Source of the DNA: an uncultured Mycoplasma sp.
GTDB lineage: Bacteria > Bacillota_I > Bacilli_A > RF39 > UBA660
Assembly (NCBI GenBank): GCA_946554525.1
Contig: CAMNSE010000002.1
Location: forward strand, 14,001-78,000
Direction of reading: 5' to 3'
DNA length: 64,000 nucleotides
In this document: positions 29,796 to 38,286 of the stretch, one piece after another
How the letters are laid out: every line of letters starts with the position of its first letter
How positions within the stretch are numbered: position 1 is the stretch's first letter
Notes under the pieces: model-generated
Seen by the model: the letters and a program-made list of their open reading frames with translations, nothing else
Databases searched by the model: none
What the model was told of the DNA's origin: nothing
Made by a program: the position numbers and the translations under genes

Positions 29796-29846
29796 ATATT
29801 ACACTACAATAAAGTGTTTGTCAAACACTTTATTTATTGTTATAAT
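29796..29846. promoter_or_regulatory. back-to-back divergent promoters sharing a perfect 23-bp palindrome (29810-29832)
   Basis: The palindrome is TAAAGTGTTTG-T-CAAACACTTTA. On the plus strand, TTGTCA (29818-29823), 17 nt, TGT-TATAAT (29841-29846). On the minus strand, TTGACA (29824-29819), 17 nt, TAATAT (29801-29796). Confidence 0.6.
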
Positions 29847-29861
29847 AGTAATGGTGATAAT

Positions 29862-30827
29862 ATGAAAAAGAAAAAGCTAAAAGTGAAGAAAAAAATATGG
29901 AAATTAATTGGGCTTGTAATTATTATTTGTTGTGCTTGTTTTATAGGGAAAAAAGTATATGATGAAAAACAATATCAAAAAACTAATGAATATAAGCTTT
30001 TACAAGTCGGGTACACATTAGATGAAATCAAAATTTTAAACGAAAAAACCACTGATGAAAAAATAAATGAACTAATAAACTTGCCAAAAAATGATTTCTT
30101 ATTGTTATTAATAAATGAAAAGTATTATTTAAAAAGAAATTTAAATCGTTATTTAGGTTTTAAAGAAATCCATCAAGATTACGAACCTAAAAAAATTGTT
30201 GCTTATGTAAATGCTAACCGTGATTATGAATTATATGGATTTGACCTAGATACAGACACAACTAAAGATTATTTACTAATTGCAAATAAATATTATCATT
30301 TAAATAGTGAGTATAAATTAGATGATTTGGTAACCGTGAGTACTACCTACTCTTTTGGTTCGGGTTATCAAATAAGAGGAATCGTTTATGATGCATTTTT
30401 ATCTATGTGGAACAAAGCTCATGAAGAAGAAAATATATATTTCATGATTAATTCAGGTTATCGTTCTTATGAATCTCAAAAAGAAATTTATGATGATTAT
30501 AAAAACGCTTATGGTAGTGAATATGCTGATTCAATTGCAGCAAGACCAGGATATTCAGAACATCAAACAGGATTATCTTTAGATATTGTAAGTTTAGATG
30601 CCACTACTGGAGGAAAATTCAAACTATCGGATAGTTATAAATGGCTAGAAAAACACGCCCACGAATATGGATTTATTCAACGCTACAAAGAAGATACAAT
30701 GGATATCACTGGCTTTGCCGAAGAATCATGGCACTGGAGGTATGTTGGAGTAGATGCTGCAACTTATATTTATGAAAATAATATTACTTTTGAAGAATAT
30801 TACGCATACTTCTTAGAAGAGTCTTAG
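29862..30827 (+). CDS. D-alanyl-D-alanine carboxypeptidase, VanY/M15B family, membrane-anchored
   Basis: SGYRSYESQ, SEHQTGLSLD and EESWHWRYVG zinc-peptidase motifs with an N-terminal TM helix. I placed the start at the ATG at 29862 (SD GGTGA), because the GTG start in the track would include the promoter. Confidence 0.8.
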   Translation: MKKKKLKVKKKIWKLIGLVIIICCACFIGKKVYDEKQYQKTNEYKLLQVGYTLDEIKILNEKTTDEKINELINLPKNDFLLLLINEKYYLKRNLNRYLGFKEIHQDYEPKKIVAYVNANRDYELYGFDLDTDTTKDYLLIANKYYHLNSEYKLDDLVTVSTTYSFGSGYQIRGIVYDAFLSMWNKAHEEENIYFMINSGYRSYESQKEIYDDYKNAYGSEYADSIAARPGYSEHQTGLSLDIVSLDATTGGKFKLSDSYKWLEKHAHEYGFIQRYKEDTMDITGFAEESWHWRYVGVDAATYIYENNITFEEYYAYFLEES

Positions 30828-30838
30828 ACTCTTTTTTT
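30817..30838 (+). terminator. terminator after the VanY-like gene
   Basis: AAGAGTC-tta-GACTCTT followed by TTTTT. The stop codon lies in the loop. Confidence 0.55.
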
Positions 30839-30868
30839 ATATTTAATTTATTACTATAATTTTATATA

Positions 30869-30899
30869 TAAAAAACTCGAAGCAAAAATGTTCGAGTTT
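30869..30899 (-). terminator. terminator after the HD-domain gene
   Basis: On the minus strand, AAACUCGAA-9 nt-UUCGAGUUU followed by UUUUAUAUAU. Confidence 0.6.
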
Positions 30900-30931
30900 G
30901 ATATTAAATATTTAACGAAATGCAATCATCT

Positions 30932-31696
30932 TTATTTATTTCTATTATATTCCATAGCACTTTTGGGAAAATCATCTTTAACTTTTAATAAGCTTCCATT
31001 TAATTTTTGCTTATATAATTCACTAGCGAAAGTTCTTATAGCACTAACTATACTATCAGCATCTTTTCTATTTATACCATACAACTCACATTCATCATTA
31101 GTGATTTTAACAGCTTTTATATGGAATTCATAAAAAATATCAGCTAGATCTTTACCCTCAGCGATTTTTTCTACTACGAATGGGTGATTTCTTAATTCTG
31201 GTATAATTCTAGGATCATTCATATTGATATTTTGCTCGGTTTGATATTTTATAAAAGTAGATGCAGAGTGAACCTTATCAATCATATGAACAACTTTAGC
31301 TTCAATGTCCATTCTATTTTCATAGTTATATAAAATAGTTTTTAAATCTAAAACGCCATTAAATTTATCGACTAAATAATCAATGGCTAGATTAGTCACT
31401 CGTTTTATTTCATCATCAGATATACCTTCAAACTTTGTAATGTCTCCGGTAATAGCCTCCGGTAAATCGTGGCACAAAATGTAATCTATAATTTTATCAA
31501 AGTTTAAACTAGTTGGAAAATATTTTCTTAATATTCTTGCAATTATTAATAAATCTAAAATATGATTTTTAACATCCTCTAGTCTTTTTCTATTTATTTG
31601 CCATAATAATGGCCCAGTTCTTTCAGTATCTCCTAATATGTCAAAAACCATAAACAGTTTTACATCATTAGTAAAATCAAATTCCATAGCAAGCAC
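30932..31696 (-). CDS. HD-domain phosphohydrolase (YfbR-like 5'-nucleotidase family?)
   Basis: The HDLPEAITGDI metal-binding motif and a later H..DK motif (HMIDKVH). 254 aa. Confidence 0.6.
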   Translation of the reverse strand: MLAMEFDFTNDVKLFMVFDILGDTERTGPLLWQINRKRLEDVKNHILDLLIIARILRKYFPTSLNFDKIIDYILCHDLPEAITGDITKFEGISDDEIKRVTNLAIDYLVDKFNGVLDLKTILYNYENRMDIEAKVVHMIDKVHSASTFIKYQTEQNINMNDPRIIPELRNHPFVVEKIAEGKDLADIFYEFHIKAVKITNDECELYGINRKDADSIVSAIRTFASELYKQKLNGSLLKVKDDFPKSAMEYNRNK

Positions 31697-31889
31697 CTCT
31701 TCAGTTAATTTAATTTCAATAAATATTATATCATAAACTTTAGCATATTAAAACTCAAAATTTTATATTTCGAGTTTCCTTATTTATACGAATGTATCCT
31801 TTTTTCATTTCTCACCTATATATAAATAAATTATAACATTTTCTATAAAATCCTAGCTAAAATGGAAATTTGTGGTATAATTAGTATGG

Positions 31890-32204
31890 GTGAAGAAAAT
31901 GAAAGAATTTAATTTAAATCAATATGTAGGGGTGAAATTTACTGAAGAAGGGCTAAAAATACTTGAATCCCACCATAATGAATTACTAAAACAGATGCCT
32001 CCAGAAGCAGCTGAAACGGTTGGACCATTTGTAGCTCCAGAAGTTGACGAAGAAGGATATAGTCAAATTCAGCTAGGAAAATTAATGCATTTATTTGGTA
32101 AATATATGTTTGTTGGAAATCCAACAGTTTTATTTGATATGAATATAAAAATTTCAGATGAAGCTCTTATTGACCATACATCAAATAGATCTCAAGGTAT
32201 GTAA
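31890..32204 (+). CDS. hypothetical protein (about 101-104 aa)
   Basis: An extended -10 (TGGTATAAT) lies upstream. The start is the GTG at 31890 or the ATG at 31899. The composition looks like real coding sequence. No motif recognised. Confidence 0.4.
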   Translation: MKKMKEFNLNQYVGVKFTEEGLKILESHHNELLKQMPPEAAETVGPFVAPEVDEEGYSQIQLGKLMHLFGKYMFVGNPTVLFDMNIKISDEALIDHTSNRSQGM

Positions 32205-32394
32205 GCCAGTTGCATTTTGTAATTGGCTTTTTATTTAAAATGTTCCATAACTCTAAATATGTATCTTGTATAATATCCTGTGTATCATTGATATTATGAC
32301 ATTTAATAATTACATATTTAAACAAATCTAAATGTGTACTATCATATATTTCATTAAATTTATATAGGTTTAACCAGCTAGCCATATTTATCAC
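32167..32394 (-). pseudogene. truncated sigma-70/ECF-type sigma factor (region 2 only)
   Basis: The 72-75 aa contain ...DTQDIIQDTYLELWNILNK..., which resembles sigma region 2. There are no regions 3/4, and the 3' end overlaps the convergent 104-aa ORF. Confidence 0.35.
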
Positions 32395-32524
32395 CTACAA
32401 TATAATAATCCCTGTTTTTTAGAAAAAAGTTCCAAACTCTTAGAAAAAAGCAAATTTTTGTAAATCTGCTTTACCGTTTGTCATATTTATAAAAAAATGA
32501 ATAGTAAATAGTAAAAATACTGTA

Positions 32525-32549
32525 GAAAAAGTCTCAAAAAATTGAGACT
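32525..32549 (-). terminator. second intrinsic terminator downstream of the tRNA cluster
   Basis: On the minus strand, AGUCUCA-auuuuu-UGAGACU followed by UUUUUC. Confidence 0.6.
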
Positions 32550-32594
32550 CTAAATGAGAGTTTTCCCTAGCCCAAATACATACTAAAGTGATGC

Positions 32595-32624
32595 AAAAAT
32601 AAACCGAACCTTTGAGGGGTTCGG
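32595..32624 (-). terminator. intrinsic terminator directly after tRNA-Ile
   Basis: On the minus strand, CCGAACC-ccucaaa-GGUUCGG followed by UUUAUUUUU. Confidence 0.8.
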
Positions 32625-32636
32625 ATAATTTCTTAA

Positions 32637-32713
<77 letters not shown>

Positions 32714-32717
32714 AAGA

Positions 32718-32794
32718 TGGTGACCAGTACGGGATTCGAACCCGTGAATGCTGCCGTGAAAGGGCAGTGTGTTAAGCCGCTTCACCAACTGGCC
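32718..32794 (-). tRNA. tRNA-Glu (anticodon UUC), CCA encoded
   Basis: GGCCAGTTGGTGAAGCGGC...CTGCC-CTTTCAC-GGCAG...GGGTTCGAATCCCGTACTGGTCACCA. Confidence 0.9.
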
Positions 32795-32811
32795 ATCAAA
32801 TAAACTATTAA

Positions 32812-32887
32812 TGGTGTCCCCTTAGGGATTCGAACCCTAGACCCACTGATTAAGAGTCAGTTGCTCTACCAGCTGAGCTAAGGAGAC
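32812..32887 (-). tRNA. tRNA-Lys (anticodon CUU), CCA encoded
   Basis: GTCTCCTTAGCTCAGCTGGTAGAGCAACTGA-CTCTTAA-TCAGTGGGTCTAGGGTTCGAATCCCTAAGGGGACACCA. Confidence 0.9.
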
Positions 32888-32906
32888 AACTCATAAACGC
32901 TATTTA

Positions 32907-32934
32907 ATTATATCATAAAATTTATAAAACGCAA
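32907..32934 (-). promoter_or_regulatory. promoter of the tRNA Lys-Glu-Ile operon (TTGCGT-16 nt-TGA-TATAAT)
   Basis: On the minus strand, TTGCGT at 32934-32929 and an extended -10 TGATATAAT ending at 32907, about 13-20 nt before the tRNA-Lys 5' end. Confidence 0.55.
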
Positions 32935-32944
32935 CAAAAAATTT

Positions 32945-33598
32945 TTATTTTTTATCTTTTTTTACAACTTTTAGTTTTGGAAAGTGTTTTTGCATAAATT
33001 CATCCGGATATAATTCATCAATTTTCTTCATTACTGACGTAGTATTTTCTATCCCATTTGTACGATTAGAATATCCAATTGTTGCTAATACAGTAATAAT
33101 TATATTAATAAGCATTAAAATCCCCACAATAATAGTTATTATCTTCCCCACTTTTTTGGGAATCCTCATAAATAGATTTTTTATAACTGGATATAAATAA
33201 TCAATACACAGTATTGCAAATATGCCCCAAATAAAACAATATGGTAAAAAAAGTCTTCCACCAATATTTAATGGAAAAGTAGAATAATTCCATGTAGAAG
33301 TGCCAAAAAATATTTCTTGAAATAAACTGCCAAAATATTCAAAAGCGCTTCCTATTATTGTCCCAATAACAAATTTTTGCCATATTTTTTTGTTTTTAAA
33401 ACGATACATAAGTAAAACAAGTAAAACTAAACCAAAGCCATAAATTGGTTTAAAAGGCCCATAAACCAATCCTTGTTTATTTATCCATATTCCATTTTTG
33501 ATAAAGTGCCAAAGTGTTTCTATAATAAACCCCAAAATACAACCAAATACAAATAGCCAAATATATTCATAAAAAGATGGTTTCTCTTGTTGTTTCAT
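32945..33598 (-). CDS. CmpB-like ('putative ABC-transporter type IV') membrane protein
   Basis: The N-terminus FGCILGFIIETLWHFI...GLVYGPFKPIYGFG is shared with the paralog at 45485-46279. The family assignment is from memory. Confidence 0.5.
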   Translation of the reverse strand: MKQQEKPSFYEYIWLFVFGCILGFIIETLWHFIKNGIWINKQGLVYGPFKPIYGFGLVLLVLLMYRFKNKKIWQKFVIGTIIGSAFEYFGSLFQEIFFGTSTWNYSTFPLNIGGRLFLPYCFIWGIFAILCIDYLYPVIKNLFMRIPKKVGKIITIIVGILMLINIIITVLATIGYSNRTNGIENTTSVMKKIDELYPDEFMQKHFPKLKVVKKDKK

Positions 33599-33706
33599 AA
33601 AATCACCTACTCACTATCACTATATGAAATCAAACACATTATATCACGTAAAATAACTAATGTAAATTTAATTTTTTTGTGGTACAATGTATTTAGAGGT
33701 GTAAAA

Positions 33707-34003
33707 ATGAAAAAATATTATTTTACTTTAACGAAAGAAAAAAGAAAACGTGTAAAAGACCAATATAAAAAAGAATATGAAAAATCTGATTTAAAAGTTC
33801 GTTTACTAAGATTATATCTATATGCTATTATTGGGTATTTATCAGCTATTATTCTTCTTATTTATGCTATTAAAATAGAAGAAGAAAAAACTGGAAGCAT
33901 TATTATTGCTACCATATTAATTATAACATCAACTATCTTTTTAATAGGAAGCACACTTATTAAAATAAACGTTTTAAATAAAATCGCCTTAAAAAATAAA
34001 TAA
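33707..34003 (+). CDS. small two-TM membrane protein (98 aa)
   Basis: The ATG at 33707 has an AGAGGTG SD and an extended -10 (TGGTACAAT). The longer ORF in the track lacks these signals. Confidence 0.45.
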   Translation: MKKYYFTLTKEKRKRVKDQYKKEYEKSDLKVRLLRLYLYAIIGYLSAIILLIYAIKIEEEKTGSIIIATILIITSTIFLIGSTLIKINVLNKIALKNK

Positions 34004-34053
34004 GGCTTTTTTTATTAAAGAAATTTCTCTAATTATAAAACAAAAAAGGAAAT

Positions 34054-34656
34054 TTATTTTTCCTTTATAGCTTCTAAAATAGCACTGTATTTTCCATTTA
34101 AAGTTTCGCCTTTCATAAGCAAAAAATCATCTTTTTTAAGTTCTTTACTTTGTCTTCTATTTTCTTTATCAATAATAGTAGCGCTAATTATATCGCAATC
34201 ATTAGAAAACAGCTTCAAAGCATCTTCTGCTTTTAATTTAGCTATTCCAACAACTTCTCCATCTAAGAAATTGAATTGCAAATTATCATCCTTTATTTTA
34301 AGCAAATATACATTAGCAAAAGCTCTATCTTTTATAATAAAGCCATTCTTCTCTTTATCCATTTTCCAAATATTTACATTTAATAATTCTGCTTCATCAT
34401 AATTAACAACGATGCCAATTTCTTCTTTTACTTCTCTTCCAAATGCCTCTTTAATGGACTCACCAGCTTGAACATGGCCAGAAGCAGTAGTGTAAAGCTT
34501 ATTAGCATCTTCTCTTATTTGAAAATATACATAACCTTCTTCATCATAAAGCCAACAATGAACGGTATTGTGCCATAAGCCTTTAGAATGAACTTCTTCT
34601 CTGCTAAACCTACCTATATAATTTTTGTTTTCATCATATGCATCTAAATACTCCAT
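34054..34656 (-). CDS. NUDIX hydrolase
   Basis: Nudix box GHVQAGESIKEAFGREVKEEIG. Confidence 0.8.
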   Translation of the reverse strand: MEYLDAYDENKNYIGRFSREEVHSKGLWHNTVHCWLYDEEGYVYFQIREDANKLYTTASGHVQAGESIKEAFGREVKEEIGIVVNYDEAELLNVNIWKMDKEKNGFIIKDRAFANVYLLKIKDDNLQFNFLDGEVVGIAKLKAEDALKLFSNDCDIISATIIDKENRRQSKELKKDDFLLMKGETLNGKYSAILEAIKEK

Positions 34657-34665
34657 ACTATGCTC

Positions 34666-34956
34666 CTATAAATTTTTAATTATGCTATTTATTTCTTCTT
34701 TATTTCTGAATCCAATCACCTTATTTTTAAGTTCTCCATTTACAAAGAAACAAATAGTTGGAATACTCATTACCCCATACTCTTGAGCAAGACTACCATG
34801 TAAATCAACATTTACTTTTAAAACATTTTCATTTAATTCTTCAAGTACAGGGCCTAGCATTTTACAAGGGCCACACCAATCAGCGTAAAAATCTACAATC
34901 CATAACCCCTCTTTTATTACATCATTCATATTCTCACTCTCTAAATGTTTAATCAT
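34666..34956 (-). CDS. trxA: thioredoxin
   Basis: WCGPCK active site. I placed the start at the ATG at 34956, which is preceded by AAGGAGG. It overlaps the cvpA stop by 8 nt. Confidence 0.9.
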   Translation of the reverse strand: MIKHLESENMNDVIKEGLWIVDFYADWCGPCKMLGPVLEELNENVLKVNVDLHGSLAQEYGVMSIPTICFFVNGELKNKVIGFRNKEEINSIIKNL

Positions 34957-35674
34957 GATTCTCCTCCTTATATTCATTTAAAACACGTGTTGCTCCATTA
35001 AAATCAAGTTTTTTATCTTTAATTAACTTTTCAGTAACTTTAGGTGTTACAACTTTATAATCAAGCATTATTTTTAAGATTTCACTATTATATTCATCTT
35101 TATTAGTAGTATTCTCGTATTTTTTACTTAAGTCTTCAATTTCTTTAATAGCTCTATAAGTATCATTTGTAATATTTCCTATAATTGGCGTTTTATCTAA
35201 AATACTACTTGCTACAGAGCTTTCGCTAACCATCTCACTAGTTACATTAAACTGTAGTAATACAAATAATAGTAAAAATGCAAATACAACAGCCTCTAAA
35301 AATCCTAGAACCGCACCAATAATTTTTGAGGGAATTCCAAGTATGATTGTAGCTTTTAAAATAAATTCAATAATTCCAGATATTTTAATTAGTAAAGCCA
35401 AAATACTATAAAGAACTATAAATACTAGTAAATAAGCAATAGATTCATATAATAAAATATTTAATGTAATCAGTCCTTGCCATGCACCTCCAAATTTAAA
35501 GAATGGTAAAAATTTAAAAAGAACATCAGCTACTGGATTCTTTAAATAATAGCAAACTATAACTAATATTACTGTACCAACAAGTGTAACTAAACTTTTA
35601 ATTGCTCCTCGTTTAAACCCTAATACTGCACCACACAACAAAAATAAAATAATGACCGAATCTAATATTGTCAT
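34949..35674 (-). CDS. cvpA: CvpA-family membrane protein with a C-terminal soluble extension
   Basis: N-terminus ILDSVIILFLLCGAVLGFKRGAIKSLV and four TM segments typical of CvpA. Confidence 0.7.
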   Translation of the reverse strand: MTILDSVIILFLLCGAVLGFKRGAIKSLVTLVGTVILVIVCYYLKNPVADVLFKFLPFFKFGGAWQGLITLNILLYESIAYLLVFIVLYSILALLIKISGIIEFILKATIILGIPSKIIGAVLGFLEAVVFAFLLLFVLLQFNVTSEMVSESSVASSILDKTPIIGNITNDTYRAIKEIEDLSKKYENTTNKDEYNSEILKIMLDYKVVTPKVTEKLIKDKKLDFNGATRVLNEYKEENHD

Positions 35675-35759
35675 ATAATCACTCTCCTATATTCATTATA
35701 TACTAAATTTTTTGAAAAATAAAGAAATATATGTTATGATATATACATGAGGTGTCAAA

Positions 35760-36350
35760 ATGGATAAAGAATTAGTAAAAAAAAATAAGATAATAAAACA
35801 AATAGTTCTAGATTTCAACCCAACAAATGAAATTGAAGAAAGAGATAAACAATCTTTTTTATATTTCATAGATCATTTTGATAACATTTTAACTAGAGAT
35901 AATTTAGTTGGGCATATCACAGCATCAGCATTTGTCGTAAATGAAGACTTTTCAAAAGCGTTATTATTAAAACATAATATTTTAAATGGATATATATACC
36001 CAGGCGGTCATGCTGATGGTGAATCAAATCTTTTAAATGTAGCCATAAGAGAAGTTGAAGAGGAAACGGGTTTACATGTAGTTCCTTATAGTTTTAGTCC
36101 AATCAATATAGGTATAGGAGGTGTTCCAGGACATATTAAACATGGGAAATACGTTTCAGAACATCTTCATTATGATATATTATATTTACTAATAGCAAAA
36201 AACAAAGACATGGAAAAAATAAGAATATTAGAAACTGAAAATAGCGATGTAAAATGGGTACCTTTAGACGAAACTTATAATGATAATGTGGTTCCTTTTG
36301 CTAGAAGAATAAATAAAATTATAGTATCAAAAATTAAAAATATGAAATAG
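35760..36350 (+). CDS. NUDIX hydrolase
   Basis: Nudix box GGHADGESNLLNVAIREVEEETG. Confidence 0.8.
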   Translation: MDKELVKKNKIIKQIVLDFNPTNEIEERDKQSFLYFIDHFDNILTRDNLVGHITASAFVVNEDFSKALLLKHNILNGYIYPGGHADGESNLLNVAIREVEEETGLHVVPYSFSPINIGIGGVPGHIKHGKYVSEHLHYDILYLLIAKNKDMEKIRILETENSDVKWVPLDETYNDNVVPFARRINKIIVSKIKNMK

Positions 36351-36359
36351 AGGTCCAAA

Positions 36360-37289
36360 ATGACAATAGTATTTAAAATAAGTGATAATTTAAAATCAAA
36401 AATGATCGAGTTTTATCAAGATAGAGCTATACCCACTCCTCCCCCATATTCAATATTTCAAGTTAAAGACTTTGATTGTGTAACTACTCTATATGAATCA
36501 GGAAAAGTAATGTTTCAAGGCATTGGAGCAGACATTGAAGCAAGCTTTTGGATTGAAGAAGAACGCATTAAAAATGGTAGAATTATTGATACTAGTGGTA
36601 AAGAAAAAGATAAGAAAACTGATGATAAAAATGTGTTTTTCAATGAAAGTACAATTGGCTCTGATGAAGTTGGAACTGGAGACTACTTTGGCCCTATCGT
36701 AGTAACGGCCTCTTATGTATCAAAAGAAGATATTGCTTTCTTAACTAATTTAGGAGTAAGAGACTCTAAGAAGCTAACAGATGAAAAAATCAAAAAAATA
36801 GCTCCACAAATCATTAAGAAAATTCCCTACACTACTTTTATATTAAATAATTCATCTTATAACAGCAACTGGAATCAAGATATAAATATGAATAAAATAA
36901 AAGCAGTTTTACACAATAAAGTATTATTCAGTATGAAATCAAAAGGTTTTTCTTATAGTAAAATAGTCGTTGATCAATTTGTTTACCCCAAAAAATATTT
37001 TGAACATATAAACGAGGCAAAAGATAAAGTTACTGATATAACATTTACTACCAAAGCTGAAGATAAATGCTTATCTGTAGCAGCAGCTTCTATCATATCA
37101 CGATATATATTCTTAGGTGAAATGAAAAAGTTATCGGAAAATCTAAAATTAGATATCCCCAAAGGAGCTGGATCAATCGTTGATGAAATCGGAATTAAAA
37201 TCGTAAAAGAATACGGATTTGAAAAATTAAAAGACATTGCGAAATTAAATTTTAAAAATACAGAAAAAATAAAAAATGGTTTAGAATAA
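36360..37289 (+). CDS. rnhC: ribonuclease HIII
   Basis: N-terminal RNase HIII-specific domain, then GSDEVGTGDYFGP and the RNase HII-like catalytic core. Confidence 0.9.
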   Translation: MTIVFKISDNLKSKMIEFYQDRAIPTPPPYSIFQVKDFDCVTTLYESGKVMFQGIGADIEASFWIEEERIKNGRIIDTSGKEKDKKTDDKNVFFNESTIGSDEVGTGDYFGPIVVTASYVSKEDIAFLTNLGVRDSKKLTDEKIKKIAPQIIKKIPYTTFILNNSSYNSNWNQDINMNKIKAVLHNKVLFSMKSKGFSYSKIVVDQFVYPKKYFEHINEAKDKVTDITFTTKAEDKCLSVAAASIISRYIFLGEMKKLSENLKLDIPKGAGSIVDEIGIKIVKEYGFEKLKDIAKLNFKNTEKIKNGLE

Positions 37290-37297
37290 CCATTTTT

Positions 37298-38248
37298 TTA
37301 TTCGCAAACATCCAGTATAAATAATTCTAAAGCTATGTATTTGTCCTTTTTTCCACTCTTAATATCTAGATCTAAATTAGAAAGTTTAATAAGCAAAGAT
37401 TCCAATTCACTCATTTTAAAAGGAAAAGCTTTTTTTAAATATTTATCAAGCTGCCATTCTTGTAGTCCTAACTCGTTCATAATTTCATATTCACTTTTAC
37501 TTTTATCTAATAAAGACTTAATTTGCATCATAAGCCTAATATCTCTAGCAAATAAAGAAAAGATAATTGTAGGCTCAGTTTTAGTAATTTTAAGATCATT
37601 TAATAAATCTAAACTTTTTTCTAAATCTCCGTCCATAACAGCATCTATGAATATAAAATTATTTGTATTAATTGATTTAGAAATAATTTCTTCTAATTGA
37701 TTCTTACTGATTTTACTGGGATAATCATAATATAGCATAAGTTTATTAACCTCATTAATTGCCAAATCATAATTATTTAAACTATTATCTACTATATATT
37801 TTACTAGTTCATTTTCAATTTGAAAACCTGAATTTCTAATATATTCCCCTACTTTATTTACAATTTCATAAGGTTTTAGAGAAGGTATGCTAATTACTTT
37901 ATACTTTTCTTTAAAGATTTTTGTAATTTTTTTTCTTGCATCTAATTTTTCATAACAAATAAATAAAATCGTAGATAGTTCATTAGGATGTTCTAAATAG
38001 CTTTCTAACATGCTGGTTTCCTTATCAGTTAGTTTTCCGCTTCCAAAAAATTTTGCATTTTTAACAACAATAAATTTTTCTTCTTGAAATAATGAAAGAT
38101 ATCCAGCCTCAATCAATACTTCTTCAAGCGTACTTTCATTTAAATCATATGAAACAATATTTTTATTATCTTTTATGATTTTTGATATTTCTTCATTTAC
38201 AAGTAAATAGCTTTCTCCATTTATTAAATACATATTCATAACAATCAC
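37298..38248 (-). CDS. holA: DNA polymerase III delta subunit
   Basis: About 310 aa. N-terminus YLINGESYLL. It follows comEC, as in Bacillus. Confidence 0.7.
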   Translation of the reverse strand: MIVMNMYLINGESYLLVNEEISKIIKDNKNIVSYDLNESTLEEVLIEAGYLSLFQEEKFIVVKNAKFFGSGKLTDKETSMLESYLEHPNELSTILFICYEKLDARKKITKIFKEKYKVISIPSLKPYEIVNKVGEYIRNSGFQIENELVKYIVDNSLNNYDLAINEVNKLMLYYDYPSKISKNQLEEIISKSINTNNFIFIDAVMDGDLEKSLDLLNDLKITKTEPTIIFSLFARDIRLMMQIKSLLDKSKSEYEIMNELGLQEWQLDKYLKKAFPFKMSELESLLIKLSNLDLDIKSGKKDKYIALELFILDVCE

Positions 38249-38286
38249 ATTTTATATTATATCAGAAAAAAATAAAAATAAATAGC

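Noticed and set aside
31755-31808. 17-codon minus-strand ORF (MKKGYIRINKETRNIKF) upstream of the HD-domain gene
   Set aside because: It has only a short-spaced GGTGA SD and no other support, and it can arise easily by chance in AT-rich leader sequence.
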